Shown here: in pieces, positions 48,001 through 63,000 of the stretch | How positions within the stretch are numbered: the stretch's first letter is position 1 | Layout of the letters: every line of letters starts with the position of its first letter | Assembly: GCA_950097015.1 (NCBI GenBank) | Contig: CATNEN010000001.1 | Coordinates: 62,001 to 126,000 of the forward strand | Length of the DNA stretch: 64,000 nt | Direction: 5' to 3' | Source: Macrostomum hystrix | Lineage: Eukaryota; Animalia; Platyhelminthes | Position numbers and translations under genes: made by a program | The notes under the pieces: generated by a model | Told to the model about the DNA's origin: nothing | Database searches by the model: none | The model's input: the letters and a program-made list of their open reading frames with translations, nothing else

Positions 48001-51000
48001 AGGGGATGAGAGTGAGGAACTGAGAGGGATGAGAGTGAGGAACTGAGAAGGATGAGAGTGAGGAACTGAGAGGGATGAGAGTGAGGAACTGAGAGGGATG
48101 AGAGTGAGGAACTGAGAGGGATGAGAGTGAGGAACTGAGAAGGATGAGAGTGAGGAACTGAGAGGGATTAGAGTGAGGAACTGAGAGGGATGAGAGTGAG
48201 GAACTGAGAGGGATGAGAGTGAGGAACTGAGAGGGATGAGAGTGAGGAACTGAGAGGGATGAGATTGAGGAACTGAGAGGGATGAGAGTGAGGAACTGAG
48301 AGGGATGAGAGTGAGGTACACAGAGGGGATGAGAGTGAGGAACTGAGAGGGATGAGAGTGAGGTACACAGAGGGGATGAGAGTGAGGAACTGAGAGGGAT
48401 GAGATTGAGGAACTGAGAGGGATGAGAGTGAGGAACTGAGAGGGATGAGAGTGAGGAACTGAGAGGGATTAGAGTGAGGAACACAGAGGGGATGAGAGTG
48501 AGGTACTGAGAGGGATTAGAGTGAGGAACTGAGAGGGATTAGAGTGAGGAACTGAGAGGGATTAGAGTAAGGAACTGAGAGGGATGAGATTGAGGTACAC
48601 AGAGGGGATGAGAGTGAGGTACACAGAGGGGATGAGACTGAGGTACACAGAGGGGATAAGAGTGAGGTACACAGAGGGGATGAGAGTGAGGTACACAGAG
48701 GGGATGAGAGTGAGGTACACAGAGGGGATGAGACTGAGGTACACAGAGGGGATGAGAGTGAGGTACACAGAGGGGATGAGAGTGAGGTACACAGAGGGGA
48801 TGAGAGTGAGGTACACAGAGGGGATGAGAGTGAGGTACACAGAGGGGATGAGAGTGAGGAACTGAGAGGGATGAGAGTGAGGAACTGAGAAGGATGAGAG
48901 TGAGGAACTGAGAGGGATTAGAGTGAGGAACTGAGAGGGATGAGAGTGAGGAACTGAGAGGGATGAGAGTGAGGAACTGAGAGGGATTAGAGTGAGGAAC
49001 AGAGAGGGATGAGAGTGAGGAACTGAGAGGGATGAGAGTGAGGAACTGAGAGGGATGAGAGTGAGGAACTGAGAGGGATTAGAGTGAGGAACAGAGAGGG
49101 ATGAGAGTGAGGAACTGAGAGGGATGAGAGTGAGGAACTGAGAGGGATGAGAGGGAGGAACTGAGAGGGATTAGAGTGAGGAACTGAGAGGGATGAGAGT
49201 GAGGAACTGAGAGGGATGAGAGTGAGGAACTGAGAGGGATGAGAGTGAGGAACTGAGAGGGATGAGAGTGAGGAACTGAGAGGGATGAGAGTGAGGAACT
49301 GAGAGGGATGAGAGTGAGGAACTGAGAAGGATGAGAGTGAGGAACTGAGAGGGATTAGAGTGAGGAACTGAGAGGGATGAGAGTGAGGAACTGAGAGGGA
49401 TGAGAGTGAGGAACTGAGAGGGATGAGAGTGAGGAACTGAGAGGGATGAGATTGAGGAACTGAGAGGGATGAGAGTGAGGAACTGAGAGGGATGAGAGTG
49501 AGGTACACAGAGGGGATGAGAGTGAGGAACTGAGAGGGATGAGAGTGAGGTACACAGAGGGGATGAGAGTGAGGAACTGAGAGGGATGAGATTGAGGAAC
49601 TGAGAGGGATGAGAGTGAGGAACTGAGAGGGATGAGAGTGAGGAACTGAGAGGGATTAGAGTGAGGAACACAGAGGGGATGAGAGTGAGGTACTGAGAGG
49701 GATTAGAGTGAGGAACTGAGAGGGATTAGAGTGAGGAACTGAGAGGGATGAGAGTGAGGAACTGAGAGGGATGAGAGTGAGGAACTGAGAAGGATGAGAG
49801 TGAGGAACTGAGAGGGATTAGAGTGAGGAACTGAGAGGGATTAGAGTGAGGAACAGGGAGGGATGAGAGTGAGGAACTGAGAGGGATAAGATTGAGGAAC
49901 TGAGAGGGATGAGAGTGAGGAACTGAGAGGGATTAGAGTGAGGTACACAGAGGGGATGAGAGTGAGGAACTGAGAGGGATGAGAGTGAGGAACTGAGAGG
50001 GATTAGAGTGAGGAACAGAGAGGGATTAGAGTGAGGAACAGAGAGGGATGAGAGTGAGGAACTGAGAGGGATGAGATTGAGGAACAGAGAGGGATGAGAG
50101 TGAGGAACTGAGAGGGATGAGAGTGAGGAACTGAGAGGGATGAGAGTGAGGAACTGAGAGGGATGAGAGTGAGGTACACAGAGGGGATGAGAGTGAGGAA
50201 CTGAGAGGGATGAGAGTGAGGAACTGAGAGGGATTAGAGTGAGGAACAGAGAGGGATTAGAGTGAGGAACAGAGAGGGATGAGAGTGAGGAACTGAGAGG
50301 GATGAGATTGAGGTACACAGAGGGGATAAGAGTGAGGTACACAGAGGGGATGAGAGTGAGGTACACAGAGGGGATAAGAGTGAGGTACACAGAGGGGATG
50401 AGAGTGAGGTACACAGAGGAGATGAGAGTGAGGTACACAGAGGGGATGAGAGTGAGGTACACAGAGGGGATGAGAGTGAGGTACACAGAGGGGATGAGAG
50501 TGAGGTACACAGAGGGGATGAGAGTGAGGTACACAGAGGGGATGAGAGTGAGGTACACAGAGGGGATGAGAGTGAGGTACACAGAGGCGATGAGAGTGAG
50601 GTACACAGAGGGGATGAGAGTGAGGAACTGAGAGGGATTAGAGTGAGGAACTGAGAGGGATTAGAGTGAGGAACTGAGAGGGATGAGAGTGAGGAACTGA
50701 GAGGGATTAGAGTGAGGAACTGAGAGGGATGAAAGTGAGGAACTGAGAGGGATGAGAGTGAGGAACTGAGAGGGATTAGAGTGAGGAACTGAGAGGGATT
50801 AGAGTGAGGAACTGAGAGGGATTAGAGTGAGGAACTGAGAAGGATGAGAGTGAGGAACTGAGAGGGATGAGATTGAGGTACACAGAGGGGATGAGAGTGA
50901 GGTACACAGAGGGGATGAGAGTGAGGTACTGAGAGGGATGAGAGTGAGGAACTGAGAGGGATTAGAGTGAGGAACTGAGAAGGATGAGAGTGAGGAACAG

Positions 51001-54000
51001 AGAGGGATGAGAGTGAGGAACTGAGAGGGATGAGAGTGAGGAACAGAGAGGGATGAGATTGAGGAACAGAGAGGGATGAGAGTGAGGTACACAGAGGGGA
51101 TGAGAGTGAGGTACACAGAGGGGATAAGAGTGAGGTACACAGAGGGGATGAGAGTGAGGTACACAGAGGGGATGAGAGTGAGGTACACAGAGGGGATGAG
51201 AGTGAGGTACACAGAGGGGATGAGAGTGAGGTACACAGAGGGGATGAGAGTGAGGTACACAGAGGGGATGAGAGTGAGGAACTGAGAGGGATGAGAGTGA
51301 GGAACTGAGAGGGATGAGAGTGAGGAACTGAGAGGGATTAGAGTGAGGAACTGAGAGGGATGAGAGTGAGGAACTGAGAGGGATGAGAGTGAGGAACTGA
51401 GAGGGATGAGAGTGAGGTACACAGAGGGGATGAGAGTGAGGAACTGAGAGGGATGAGAGTGAGGAACTGAGAGGGATTAGAGTGAGGAACAGAGAGGGAT
51501 TAGAGTGAGGAACAGAGAGGGATGAGAGTGAGGAACTGAGAGGGATGAGATTGAGGTACACAGAGGGGATAAGAGTGAGGTACACAGAGGGGATGAGAGT
51601 GAGGTACACAGAGGGGATAAGAGTGAGGTACACAGAGGGGATGAGAGTGAGGTACACAGAGGAGATGAGAGTGAGGTACACAGAGGGGATGAGAGTGAGG
51701 TACACAGAGGGGATGAGAGTGAGGTACACAGAGGGGATGAGAGTGAGGTACACAGAGGGGATGAGAGTGAGGTACACAGAGGGGATGAGAGTGAGGTACA
51801 CAGAGGGGATGAGAGTGAGGTACACAGAGGCGATGAGAGTGAGGTACACAGAGGGGATGAGAGTGAGGAACTGAGAGGGATTAGAGTGAGGAACTGAGAG
51901 GGATTAGAGTGAGGAACTGAGAGGGATGAGAGTGAGGAACTGAGAGGGATTAGAGTGAGGAACTGAGAGGGATGAAAGTGAGGAACTGAGAGGGATGAGA
52001 GTGAGGAACTGAGAGGGATTAGAGTGAGGAACTGAGAGGGATTAGAGTGAGGAACTGAGAGGGATTAGAGTGAGGAACTGAGAAGGATGAGAGTGAGGAA
52101 CTGAGAGGGATGAGATTGAGGTACACAGAGGGGATGAGAGTGAGGTACACAGAGGGGATGAGAGTGAGGTACTGAGAGGGATGAGAGTGAGGAACTGAGA
52201 GGGATTAGAGTGAGGAACTGAGAAGGATGAGAGTGAGGAACAGAGAGGGATGAGAGTGAGGAACTGAGAGGGATGAGAGTGAGGAACAGAGAGGGATGAG
52301 ATTGAGGAACAGAGAGGGATGAGAGTGAGGTACACAGAGGGGATGAGAGTGAGGTACACAGAGGGGATAAGAGTGAGGTACACAGAGGGGATGAGAGTGA
52401 GGTACACAGAGGGGATGAGAGTGAGGTACACAGAGGGGATGAGAGTGAGGTACACAGAGGGGATGAGAGTGAGGTACACAGAGGGGATGAGAGTGAGGTA
52501 CACAGAGGGGATGAGAGTGAGGAACTGAGAGGGATGAGAGTGAGGAACAGAGAGGGATGAGAGTGAGGAACTGAGAGGGATGAGAGTGAGGAACTGAGAG
52601 GGATGAGAGTGAGGAACTGAGAAGGATGAGAGTGAGGAACTGAGAGGGATTAGAGTGAGGAACTGAGAGGGATGAGAGTGAGGAACTGAGAGGGATGAGA
52701 GTGAGGAACTGAGAGGGATGAGAGTGAGGAACTGAGAGGGATGAGATTGAGGAACTGAGAGGGATGAGAGTGAGGAACTGAGAGGGATGAGAGTGAGGTA
52801 CACAGAGGGGATGAGAGTGAGGAACTGAGAGGGATGAGAGTGAGGTACACAGAGGGGATGAGAGTGAGGAACTGAGAGGGATGAGAGTGAGGAACTGAGA
52901 GGGATAAGATTGAGGAACTGAGAGGGATGAGATTGAGGAACTGAGAGGGATGAGAGTGAGGAACTGAGAGGGATTAGAGTGAGGAACAGAGAGGGATGAG
53001 AGTGAGGAACTGAGAGGGATGAGAGTGAGGAACTGAGAGGGATTAGAGTGAGGAACAGAGAGGGATGAGAGTGAGGAACTGAGAGGGATGAGAGTGAGGA
53101 ACTGAGAGGGATGAGAGGGAGGAACTGAGAGGGATTAGAGTGAGGAACTGAGAGGGATGAGAGTGAGGAACTGAGAGGGATGAGAGTGAGGAACTGAGAG
53201 GGATGAGAGTGAGGAACTGAGAGGGATGAGAGTGAGGAACTGAGAGGGATGAGAGTGAGGAACTGAGAGGGATGAGAGTGAGGAACTGAGAAGGATGAGA
53301 GTGAGGAACTGAGAGGGATTAGAGTGAGGAACTGAGAGGGATGAGAGTGAGGAACTGAGAGGGATGAGAGTGAGGAACTGAGAGGGATGAGAGTGAGGAA
53401 CTGAGAGGGATGAGATTGAGGAACTGAGAGGGATGAGAGTGAGGAACTGAGAGGGATGAGAGTGAGGTACACAGAGGGGATGAGAGTGAGGAACTGAGAG
53501 GGATGAGAGTGAGGTACACAGAGGGGATGAGAGTGAGGAACTGAGAGGGATGAGATTGAGGAACTGAGAGGGATGAGAGTGAGGAACTGAGAGGGATGAG
53601 AGTGAGGAACTGAGAGGGATTAGAGTGAGGAACACAGAGGGGATGAGAGTGAGGTACTGAGAGGGATTAGAGTGAGGAACTGAGAGGGATTAGAGTGAGG
53701 AACTGAGAGGGATGAGAGTGAGGAACTGAGAGGGATGAGAGTGAGGAACTGAGAAGGATGAGAGTGAGGAACTGAGAGGGATTAGAGTGAGGAACTGAGA
53801 GGGATTAGAGTGAGGAACAGGGAGGGATGAGAGTGAGGAACTGAGAGGGATAAGATTGAGGAACTGAGAGGGATGAGAGTGAGGAACTGAGAGGGATTAG
53901 AGTGAGGTACACAGAGGGGATGAGAGTGAGGAACTGAGAGGGATGAGAGTGAGGAACTGAGAGGGATTAGAGTGAGGAACAGAGAGGGATTAGAGTGAGG

Positions 54001-57000
54001 AACAGAGAGGGATGAGAGTGAGGAACTGAGAGGGATGAGATTGAGGAACAGAGAGGGATGAGAGTGAGGAACTGAGAGGGATGAGAGTGAGGAACTGAGA
54101 GGGATGAGAGTGAGGAACTGAGAGGGATGAGAGTGAGGTACACAGAGGGGATGAGAGTGAGGAACTGAGAGGGATGAGAGTGAGGAACTGAGAGGGATTA
54201 GAGTGAGGAACAGAGAGGGATTAGAGTGAGGAACAGAGAGGGATGAGAGTGAGGAACTGAGAGGGATGAGATTGAGGTACACAGAGGGGATAAGAGTGAG
54301 GTACACAGAGGGGATGAGAGTGAGGTACACAGAGGGGATAAGAGTGAGGTACACAGAGGGGATGAGAGTGAGGTACACAGAGGAGATGAGAGTGAGGTAC
54401 ACAGAGGGGATGAGAGTGAGGTACACAGAGGGGATGAGAGTGAGGTACACAGAGGGGATGAGAGTGAGGTACACAGAGGGGATGAGAGTGAGGTACACAG
54501 AGGGGATGAGAGTGAGGTACACAGAGGCGATGAGAGTGAGGTACACAGAGGGGATGAGAGTGAGGAACTGAGAGGGATTAGAGTGAGGAACTGAGAGGGA
54601 TTAGAGTGAGGAACTGAGAGGGATGAGAGTGAGGAACTGAGAGGGATTAGAGTGAGGAACTGAGAGGGATGAAAGTGAGGAACTGAGAGGGATGAGAGTG
54701 AGGAACTGAGAGGGATTAGAGTGAGGAACTGAGAGGGATTAGAGTGAGGAACTGAGAGGGATTAGAGTGAGGAACTGAGAAGGATGAGAGTGAGGAACTG
54801 AGAGGGATGAGATTGAGGTACACAGAGGGGATGAGAGTGAGGTACACAGAGGGGATGAGAGTGAGGTACTGAGAGGGATGAGAGTGAGGAACTGAGAGGG
54901 ATTAGAGTGAGGAACTGAGAAGGATGAGAGTGAGGAACAGAGAGGGATGAGAGTGAGGAACTGAGAGGGATGAGAGTGAGGAACAGAGAGGGATGAGATT
55001 GAGGAACAGAGAGGGATGAGAGTGAGGTACACAGAGGGGATGAGAGTGAGGTACACAGAGGGGATAAGAGTGAGGTACACAGAGGGGATGAGAGTGAGGT
55101 ACACAGAGGGGATGAGAGTGAGGTACACAGAGGGGATGAGAGTGAGGTACACAGAGGGGATGAGAGTGAGGTACACAGAGGGGATGAGAGTGAGGTACAC
55201 AGAGGGGATGAGAGTGAGGAACTGAGAGGGATGAGAGTGAGGAACTGAGAGGGATGAGAGTGAGGAACTGAGAGGGATTAGAGTGAGGAACTGAGAGGGA
55301 TGAGAGTGAGGAACTGAGAGGGATGAGAGTGAGGAACTGAGAGGGATGAGAGTGAGGTACACAGAGGGGATGAGAGTGAGGAACTGAGAGGGATGAGAGT
55401 GAGGAACTGAGAGGGATTAGAGTGAGGAACAGAGAGGGATTAGAGTGAGGAACACAGAGGGATGAGAGTGAGGAACTGAGAGGGATGAGATTGAGGTACA
55501 CAGAGGGGATAAGAGTGAGGTACACAGAGGGGATGAGAGTGAGGTACACAGAGGGGATAAGAGTGAGGTACACAGAGGGGATGAGAGTGAGGTACACAGA
55601 GGAGATGAGAGTGAGGTACACAGAGGGGATGAGAGTGAGGTACACAGAGGGGATGAGAGTGAGGTACACAGAGGGGATGAGAGTGAGGTACACAGAGGGG
55701 ATGAGAGTGAGGTACACAGAGGGGATGAGAGTGAGGTACACAGAGGGGATGAGAGTGAGGTACACAGAGGGGATGAGAGTGAGGTACACAGAGGGGATGA
55801 GAGTGAGGAACTGAGAGGGATGAGAGTGAGGAACAGAGAGGGATGAGAGTGAGGAACTGAGAGGGATGAGAGTGAGGAACTGAGAGGGATGAGAGTGAGG
55901 AACTGAGAAGGATGAGAGTGAGGAACTGAGAGGGATTAGAGTGAGGAACTGAGAGGGATGAGAGTGAGGAACTGAGAGGGATGAGAGTGAGGAACTGAGA
56001 GGGATGAGAGTGAGGAACTGAGAGGGATGAGATTGAGGAACTGAGAGGGATGAGAGTGAGGAACTGAGAGGGATGAGAGTGAGGTACACAGAGGGGATGA
56101 GAGTGAGGAACTGAGAGGGATGAGAGTGAGGTACACAGAGGGGATGAGAGTGAGGAACTGAGAGGGATGAGAGTGAGGAACTGAGAGGGATAAGATTGAG
56201 GAACTGAGAGGGATGAGATTGAGGAACTGAGAGGGATGAGAGTGAGGAACTGAGAGGGATTAGAGTGAGGAACAGAGAGGGATGAGAGTGAGGAACTGAG
56301 AGGGATGAGAGTGAGGAACTGAGAGGGATTAGAGTGAGGAACAGAGAGGGATGAGAGTGAGGAACTGAGAGGGATGAGAGTGAGGAACTGAGAGGGATGA
56401 GAGGGAGGAACTGAGAGGGATTAGAGTGAGGAACTGAGAGGGATGAGAGTGAGGAACTGAGAGGGATGAGAGTGAGGAACTGAGAGGGATGAGAGTGAGG
56501 AACTGAGAGGGATGAGAGTGAGGAACTGAGAGGGATGAGAGTGAGGAACTGAGAGGGATGAGAGTGAGGAACTGAGAAGGATGAGAGTGAGGAACTGAGA
56601 GGGATTAGAGTGAGGAACTGAGAGGGATGAGAGTGAGGAACTGAGAGGGATGAGAGTGAGGAACTGAGAGGGATGAGAGTGAGGAACTGAGAGGGATGAG
56701 ATTGAGGAACTGAGAGGGATGAGAGTGAGGAACTGAGAGGGATGAGAGTGAGGTACACAGAGGGGATGAGAGTGAGGAACTGAGAGGGATGAGAGTGAGG
56801 TACACAGAGGGGATGAGAGTGAGGAACTGAGAGGGATGAGATTGAGGAACTGAGAGGGATGAGAGTGAGGAACTGAGAGGGATGAGAGTGAGGAACTGAG
56901 AGGGATTAGAGTGAGGAACACAGAGGGGATGAGAGTGAGGTACTGAGAGGGATTAGAGTGAGGAACTGAGAGGGATTAGAGTGAGGAACTGAGAGGGATG

Positions 57001-60000
57001 AGAGTGAGGAACTGAGAGGGATGAGAGTGAGGAACTGAGAAGGATGAGAGTGAGGAACTGAGAGGGATTAGAGTGAGGAACTGAGAGGGATTAGAGTGAG
57101 GAACAGGGAGGGATGAGAGTGAGGAACTGAGAGGGATAAGATTGAGGAACTGAGAGGGATGAGAGTGAGGAACTGAGAGGGATTAGAGTGAGGTACACAG
57201 AGGGGATGAGAGTGAGGAACTGAGAGGGATGAGAGTGAGGAACTGAGAGGGATTAGAGTGAGGAACAGAGAGGGATTAGAGTGAGGAACAGAGAGGGATG
57301 AGAGTGAGGAACTGAGAGGGATGAGATTGAGGAACAGAGAGGGATGAGAGTGAGGAACTGAGAGGGATGAGAGTGAGGAACTGAGAGGGATGAGAGTGAG
57401 GAACTGAGAGGGATGAGAGTGAGGTACACAGAGGGGATGAGAGTGAGGAACTGAGAGGGATGAGAGTGAGGAACTGAGAGGGATTAGAGTGAGGAACAGA
57501 GAGGGATTAGAGTGAGGAACAGAGAGGGATGAGAGTGAGGAACTGAGAGGGATGAGATTGAGGTACACAGAGGGGATAAGAGTGAGGTACACAGAGGGGA
57601 TGAGAGTGAGGTACACAGAGGGGATAAGAGTGAGGTACACAGAGGGGATGAGAGTGAGGTACACAGAGGAGATGAGAGTGAGGTACACAGAGGGGATGAG
57701 AGTGAGGTACACAGAGGGGATGAGAGTGAGGTACACAGAGGGGATGAGAGTGAGGTACACAGAGGGGATGAGAGTGAGGTACACAGAGGGGATGAGAGTG
57801 AGGTACACAGAGGCGATGAGAGTGAGGTACACAGAGGGGATGAGAGTGAGGAACTGAGAGGGATTAGAGTGAGGAACTGAGAGGGATTAGAGTGAGGAAC
57901 TGAGAGGGATGAGAGTGAGGAACTGAGAGGGATTAGAGTGAGGAACTGAGAGGGATGAAAGTGAGGAACTGAGAGGGATGAGAGTGAGGAACTGAGAGGG
58001 ATTAGAGTGAGGAACTGAGAGGGATTAGAGTGAGGAACTGAGAGGGATTAGAGTGAGGAACTGAGAAGGATGAGAGTGAGGAACTGAGAGGGATGAGATT
58101 GAGGTACACAGAGGGGATGAGAGTGAGGTACACAGAGGGGATGAGAGTGAGGTACTGAGAGGGATGAGAGTGAGGAACTGAGAGGGATTAGAGTGAGGAA
58201 CTGAGAAGGATGAGAGTGAGGAACAGAGAGGGATGAGAGTGAGGAACTGAGAGGGATGAGAGTGAGGAACAGAGAGGGATGAGATTGAGGAACAGAGAGG
58301 GATGAGAGTGAGGTACACAGAGGGGATGAGAGTGAGGTACACAGAGGGGATAAGAGTGAGGTACACAGAGGGGATGAGAGTGAGGTACACAGAGGGGATG
58401 AGAGTGAGGTACACAGAGGGGATGAGAGTGAGGTACACAGAGGGGATGAGAGTGAGGTACACAGAGGGGATGAGAGTGAGGTACACAGAGGGGATGAGAG
58501 TGAGGAACTGAGAGGGATGAGAGTGAGGAACTGAGAGGGATGAGAGTGAGGAACTGAGAGGGATTAGAGTGAGGAACTGAGAGGGATGAGAGTGAGGAAC
58601 TGAGAGGGATGAGAGTGAGGAACTGAGAGGGATGAGAGTGAGGTACACAGAGGGGATGAGAGTGAGGAACTGAGAGGGATGAGAGTGAGGAACTGAGAGG
58701 GATTAGAGTGAGGAACAGAGAGGGATTAGAGTGAGGAACACAGAGGGATGAGAGTGAGGAACTGAGAGGGATGAGATTGAGGTACACAGAGGGGATAAGA
58801 GTGAGGTACACAGAGGGGATGAGAGTGAGGTACACAGAGGGGATAAGAGTGAGGTACACAGAGGGGATGAGAGTGAGGTACACAGAGGAGATGAGAGTGA
58901 GGTACACAGAGGGGATGAGAGTGAGGTACACAGAGGGGATGAGAGTGAGGTACACAGAGGGGATGAGAGTGAGGTACACAGAGGGGATGAGAGTGAGGTA
59001 CACAGAGGGGATGAGAGTGAGGTACACAGAGGGGATGAGAGTGAGGTACACAGAGGCGATGAGAGTGAGGTACACAGAGGGGATGAGAGTGAGGAACTGA
59101 GAGGGATTAGAGTGAGGAACTGAGAGGGATTAGAGTGAGGAACTGAGAGGGATGAGAGTGAGGAACTGAGAGGGATTAGAGTGAGGAACTGAGAGGGATG
59201 AAAGTGAGGAACTGAGAGGGATGAGAGTGAGGAACTGAGAGGGATTAGAGTGAGGAACTGAGAGGGATTAGAGTGAGGAACTGAGAGGGATTAGAGTGAG
59301 GAACTGAGAAGGATGAGAGTGAGGAACTGAGAGGGATGAGATTGAGGTACACAGAGGGGATGAGAGTGAGGTACACAGAGGGGATGAGAGTGAGGTACTG
59401 AGAGGGATGAGAGTGAGGAACTGAGAGGGATTAGAGTGAGGAACTGAGAAGGATGAGAGTGAGGAACAGAGAGGGATGAGAGTGAGGAACTGAGAGGGAT
59501 GAGAGTGAGGAACAGAGAGGGATGAGATTGAGGAACAGAGAGGGATGAGAGTGAGGTACACAGAGGGGATGAGAGTGAGGTACACAGAGGGGATAAGAGT
59601 GAGGTACACAGAGGGGATGAGAGTGAGGTACACAGAGGGGATGAGAGTGAGGTACACAGAGGGGATGAGAGTGAGGTACACAGAGGGGATGAGAGTGAGG
59701 TACACAGAGGGGATGAGAGTGAGGTACACAGAGGGGATGAGAGTGAGGAACTGAGAGGGATGAGAGTGAGGAACTGAGAGGGATGAGAGTGAGGAACTGA
59801 GAGGGATTAGAGTGAGGAACTGAGAAGGATGAGAGTGAGGAACTGAGAGGGATGAGAGTGAGGAACTGAGAGGGATGAGAGTGAGGAACTGAGAGGGATG
59901 AGAGTGAGGAACTGAGAAGGATGAGAGTGAGGAACTGAGAGGGATTAGAGTGAGGAACTGAGAGGGATGAGAGTGAGGAACTGAGAGGGATGAGAGTGAG

Positions 60001-63000
60001 GAACTGAGAGGGATGAGAGTGAGGAACTGAGAGGGATGAGATTGAGGAACTGAGAGGGATGAGAGTGAGGAACTGAGAGGGATGAGAGTGAGGTACACAG
60101 AGGGGATGAGAGTGAGGAACTGAGAGGGATGAGAGTGAGGTACACAGAGGGGATGAGAGTGAGGAACTGAGAGGGATGAGAGTGAGGAACTGAGAGGGAT
60201 AAGATTGAGGAACTGAGAGGGATGAGATTGAGGAACTGAGAGGGATGAGAGTGAGGAACTGAGAGGGATTAGAGTGAGGAACAGAGAGGGATTAGAGTGA
60301 GGAACAGAGAGGGATTAGAGTGAGGAACTGAGAGGGATTAGAGTGAGGAACTGAGAGGGATTAGAGTGAGGAACTGAGAGGGATGAGATTGAGGTACACA
60401 GAGGGGATGAGAGTGAGGTACACAGAGGGGATGAGACTGAGGTACACAGAGGGGATGAGAGTGAGGTACACAGAGGGGATGAGAGTGAGGTACACAGAGG
60501 GGATGAGAGTGAGGTACACAGAGGGGATGAGAGTGAGGTACACAGAGGGGATGAGAGTGAGGTACACAGAGGGGATGAGAGTGAGGAACTGAGAGGGATG
60601 AGAGTGAGGAACTGAGAGGGATGAGAGTGAGGAACTGAGAGGGATGAGAGTGAGGAACTGAGAAGGATGAGAGTGAGGAACTGAGAGGGATTAGAGTGAG
60701 GAACTGAGAGGGATGAGAGTGAGGAACTGAGAGGGATGAGAGTGAGGAACTGAGAGGGATGAGAGTGAGGAACTGAGAGGGATGAGATTGAGGAACTTAG
60801 AAGGATGAGAGTGAGGAACTGAGAGGGATGAGAGTGAGGAACTGAGAGGGATGAGAGTGAGGAACTGAGAGGGATGAGAGTGAGGAGCTGAGAGGGATTA
60901 GAGTGAGGAACAGAGGGGGATGAGAGTGAGGAACTGAGAGGGATGAGAGTGAGGAACTGAGAGGGATGAGATTGAGGAACTGAGAGGGATTAGAGTGAGG
61001 AACTGAGAGGGATGAGAGTGAGGAACTGAGAGGGATGAGAGTGAGGAACTGAGAGGGATGAGAGTGAGGAACTGAGAGGGATGAGAGTGAGGAACTGAGA
61101 GGGATGAGAGTGAGGTACACAGAGGGGATGAGAGTGAGGAACTGAGAGGGATGAGAGTGAGGTACACAGAGGGGATGAGAGTGAGGAACTGAGAGGGATG
61201 AGAGTGAGGAACTGAGAGGGATGAGAGTGAGGAACTGAGAGGGATGAGAGTGAGGAACTGAGAGGGATTAGAGTGAGGTACTGAGAGGGATTAGAGTGAG
61301 GAACTGAGAGGGATGAGAGTGAGGAACTGAGAGGGATGAGAGTGAGGAACTGAGAAGGATGAGAGTGAGGAACTGAGAGGGATTAGAGTGAGGAACTGAG
61401 AGGGATTAGAGTGAGGAACAGAGAGGGATGAGAGTGAGGAACTGAGAGGGATAAGATTGAGGAACTGAGAGGGATGAGAGTGAGGAACTGAGAGGGATGA
61501 GAGTGAGGTACACAGAGGGGATGAGAGTGAGGAACTGAGAGGGATGAGAGTGAGGAACTGAGAGGGATTAGAGTGAGGAACAGAGAGGGATTAGAGTGAG
61601 GAACAGAGAGGGATGAGAGTGAGGAACAGAGAGGGATGAGATTGAGGAACAGAGAGGGATTAGAGTGAGGTACACAGAGGGGATGAGAGTGAGGTACACA
61701 GAGGGGATAAGAGTGAGGTACACAGAGGGGATGAGAGTGAGGTACACAGAGGAGATGAGAGTGAGGTACACAGAGGGGATGAGAGTGAGGTACACAGAGG
61801 GGATGAGAGTGAGGTACACAGAGGGGATGAGAGTGAGGTACACAGAGGGGATGAGAGTGAGGTACACAGAGGGAATGAGAGTGAGGTACACAGAGGGGAT
61901 GAGAGTGAGGTACACAGAGGGGATGAGAGTGAGGAACTGAGAGGGATTAGAGTGAGGAACTGAGAGGGATGAGATTGAGGTACACAGAGGGGATGAGAGT
62001 GAGGTACACAGAGGGGATGAGACTGAGGTACACAGAGGGGATGAGAGTGAGGTACACAGAGGGGATGAGAGTGAGGTACACAGAGGGGATGAGAGTGAGG
62101 TACACAGAGGGGATGAGAGTGAGGTACACAGAGGGGATGAGAGTGAGGTACACAGAGGGGATGAGAGTGAGGAACTGAGAGGGATGAGAGTGAGGAACTG
62201 AGAGGGATGAGAGTGAGGAACTGAGAGGGATGAGAGTGAGGAACTGAGAAGGATGAGAGTGAGGAACTGAGAGGGATTAGAGTGAGGAACTGAGAGGGAT
62301 GAGAGTGAGGAACTGAGAGGGATGAGAGTGAGGAACTGAGAGGGATGAGAGTGAGGAACTGAGAGGGATGAGATTGAGGAACTTAGAAGGATGAGAGTGA
62401 GGAACTGAGAGGGATGAGAGTGAGGAACTGAGAGGGATGAGAGTGAGGAACTGAGAGGGATGAGAGTGAGGAACTGAGAGGGATTAGAGTGAGGAACAGA
62501 GAGGGATGAGAGTGAGGAACTGAGAGGGATGAGAGTGAGGAACTGAGAGGGATGAGAGTGAGGAACTGAGAGGGATTAGAGTGAGGAACTGAGAGGGATG
62601 AGAGTGAGGAACTGAGAGGGATGAGAGTGAGGAACTGAGAGGGATGAGAGTGAGGAACTGAGAGGGATGAGAGTGAGGAACTGAGAGGGATGAGAGTGAG
62701 GTACACAGAGGGGATGAGAGTGAGGAACTGAGAGGGATGAGAGTGAGGTACACAGAGGGGATGAGAGTGAGGAACTGAGAGGGATGAGAGTGAGGAACTG
62801 AGAGGGATGAGAGTGAGGAACTGAGAGGGATGAGAGTGAGGAACTGAGAGGGATTAGAGTGAGGTACTGAGAGGGATTAGAGTGAGGAACTGAGAGGGAT
62901 GAGAGTGAGGAACTGAGAGGGATGAGAGTGAGGAACTGAGAAGGATGAGAGTGAGGAACTGAGAGGGATTAGAGTGAGGAACTGAGAGGGATTAGAGTGA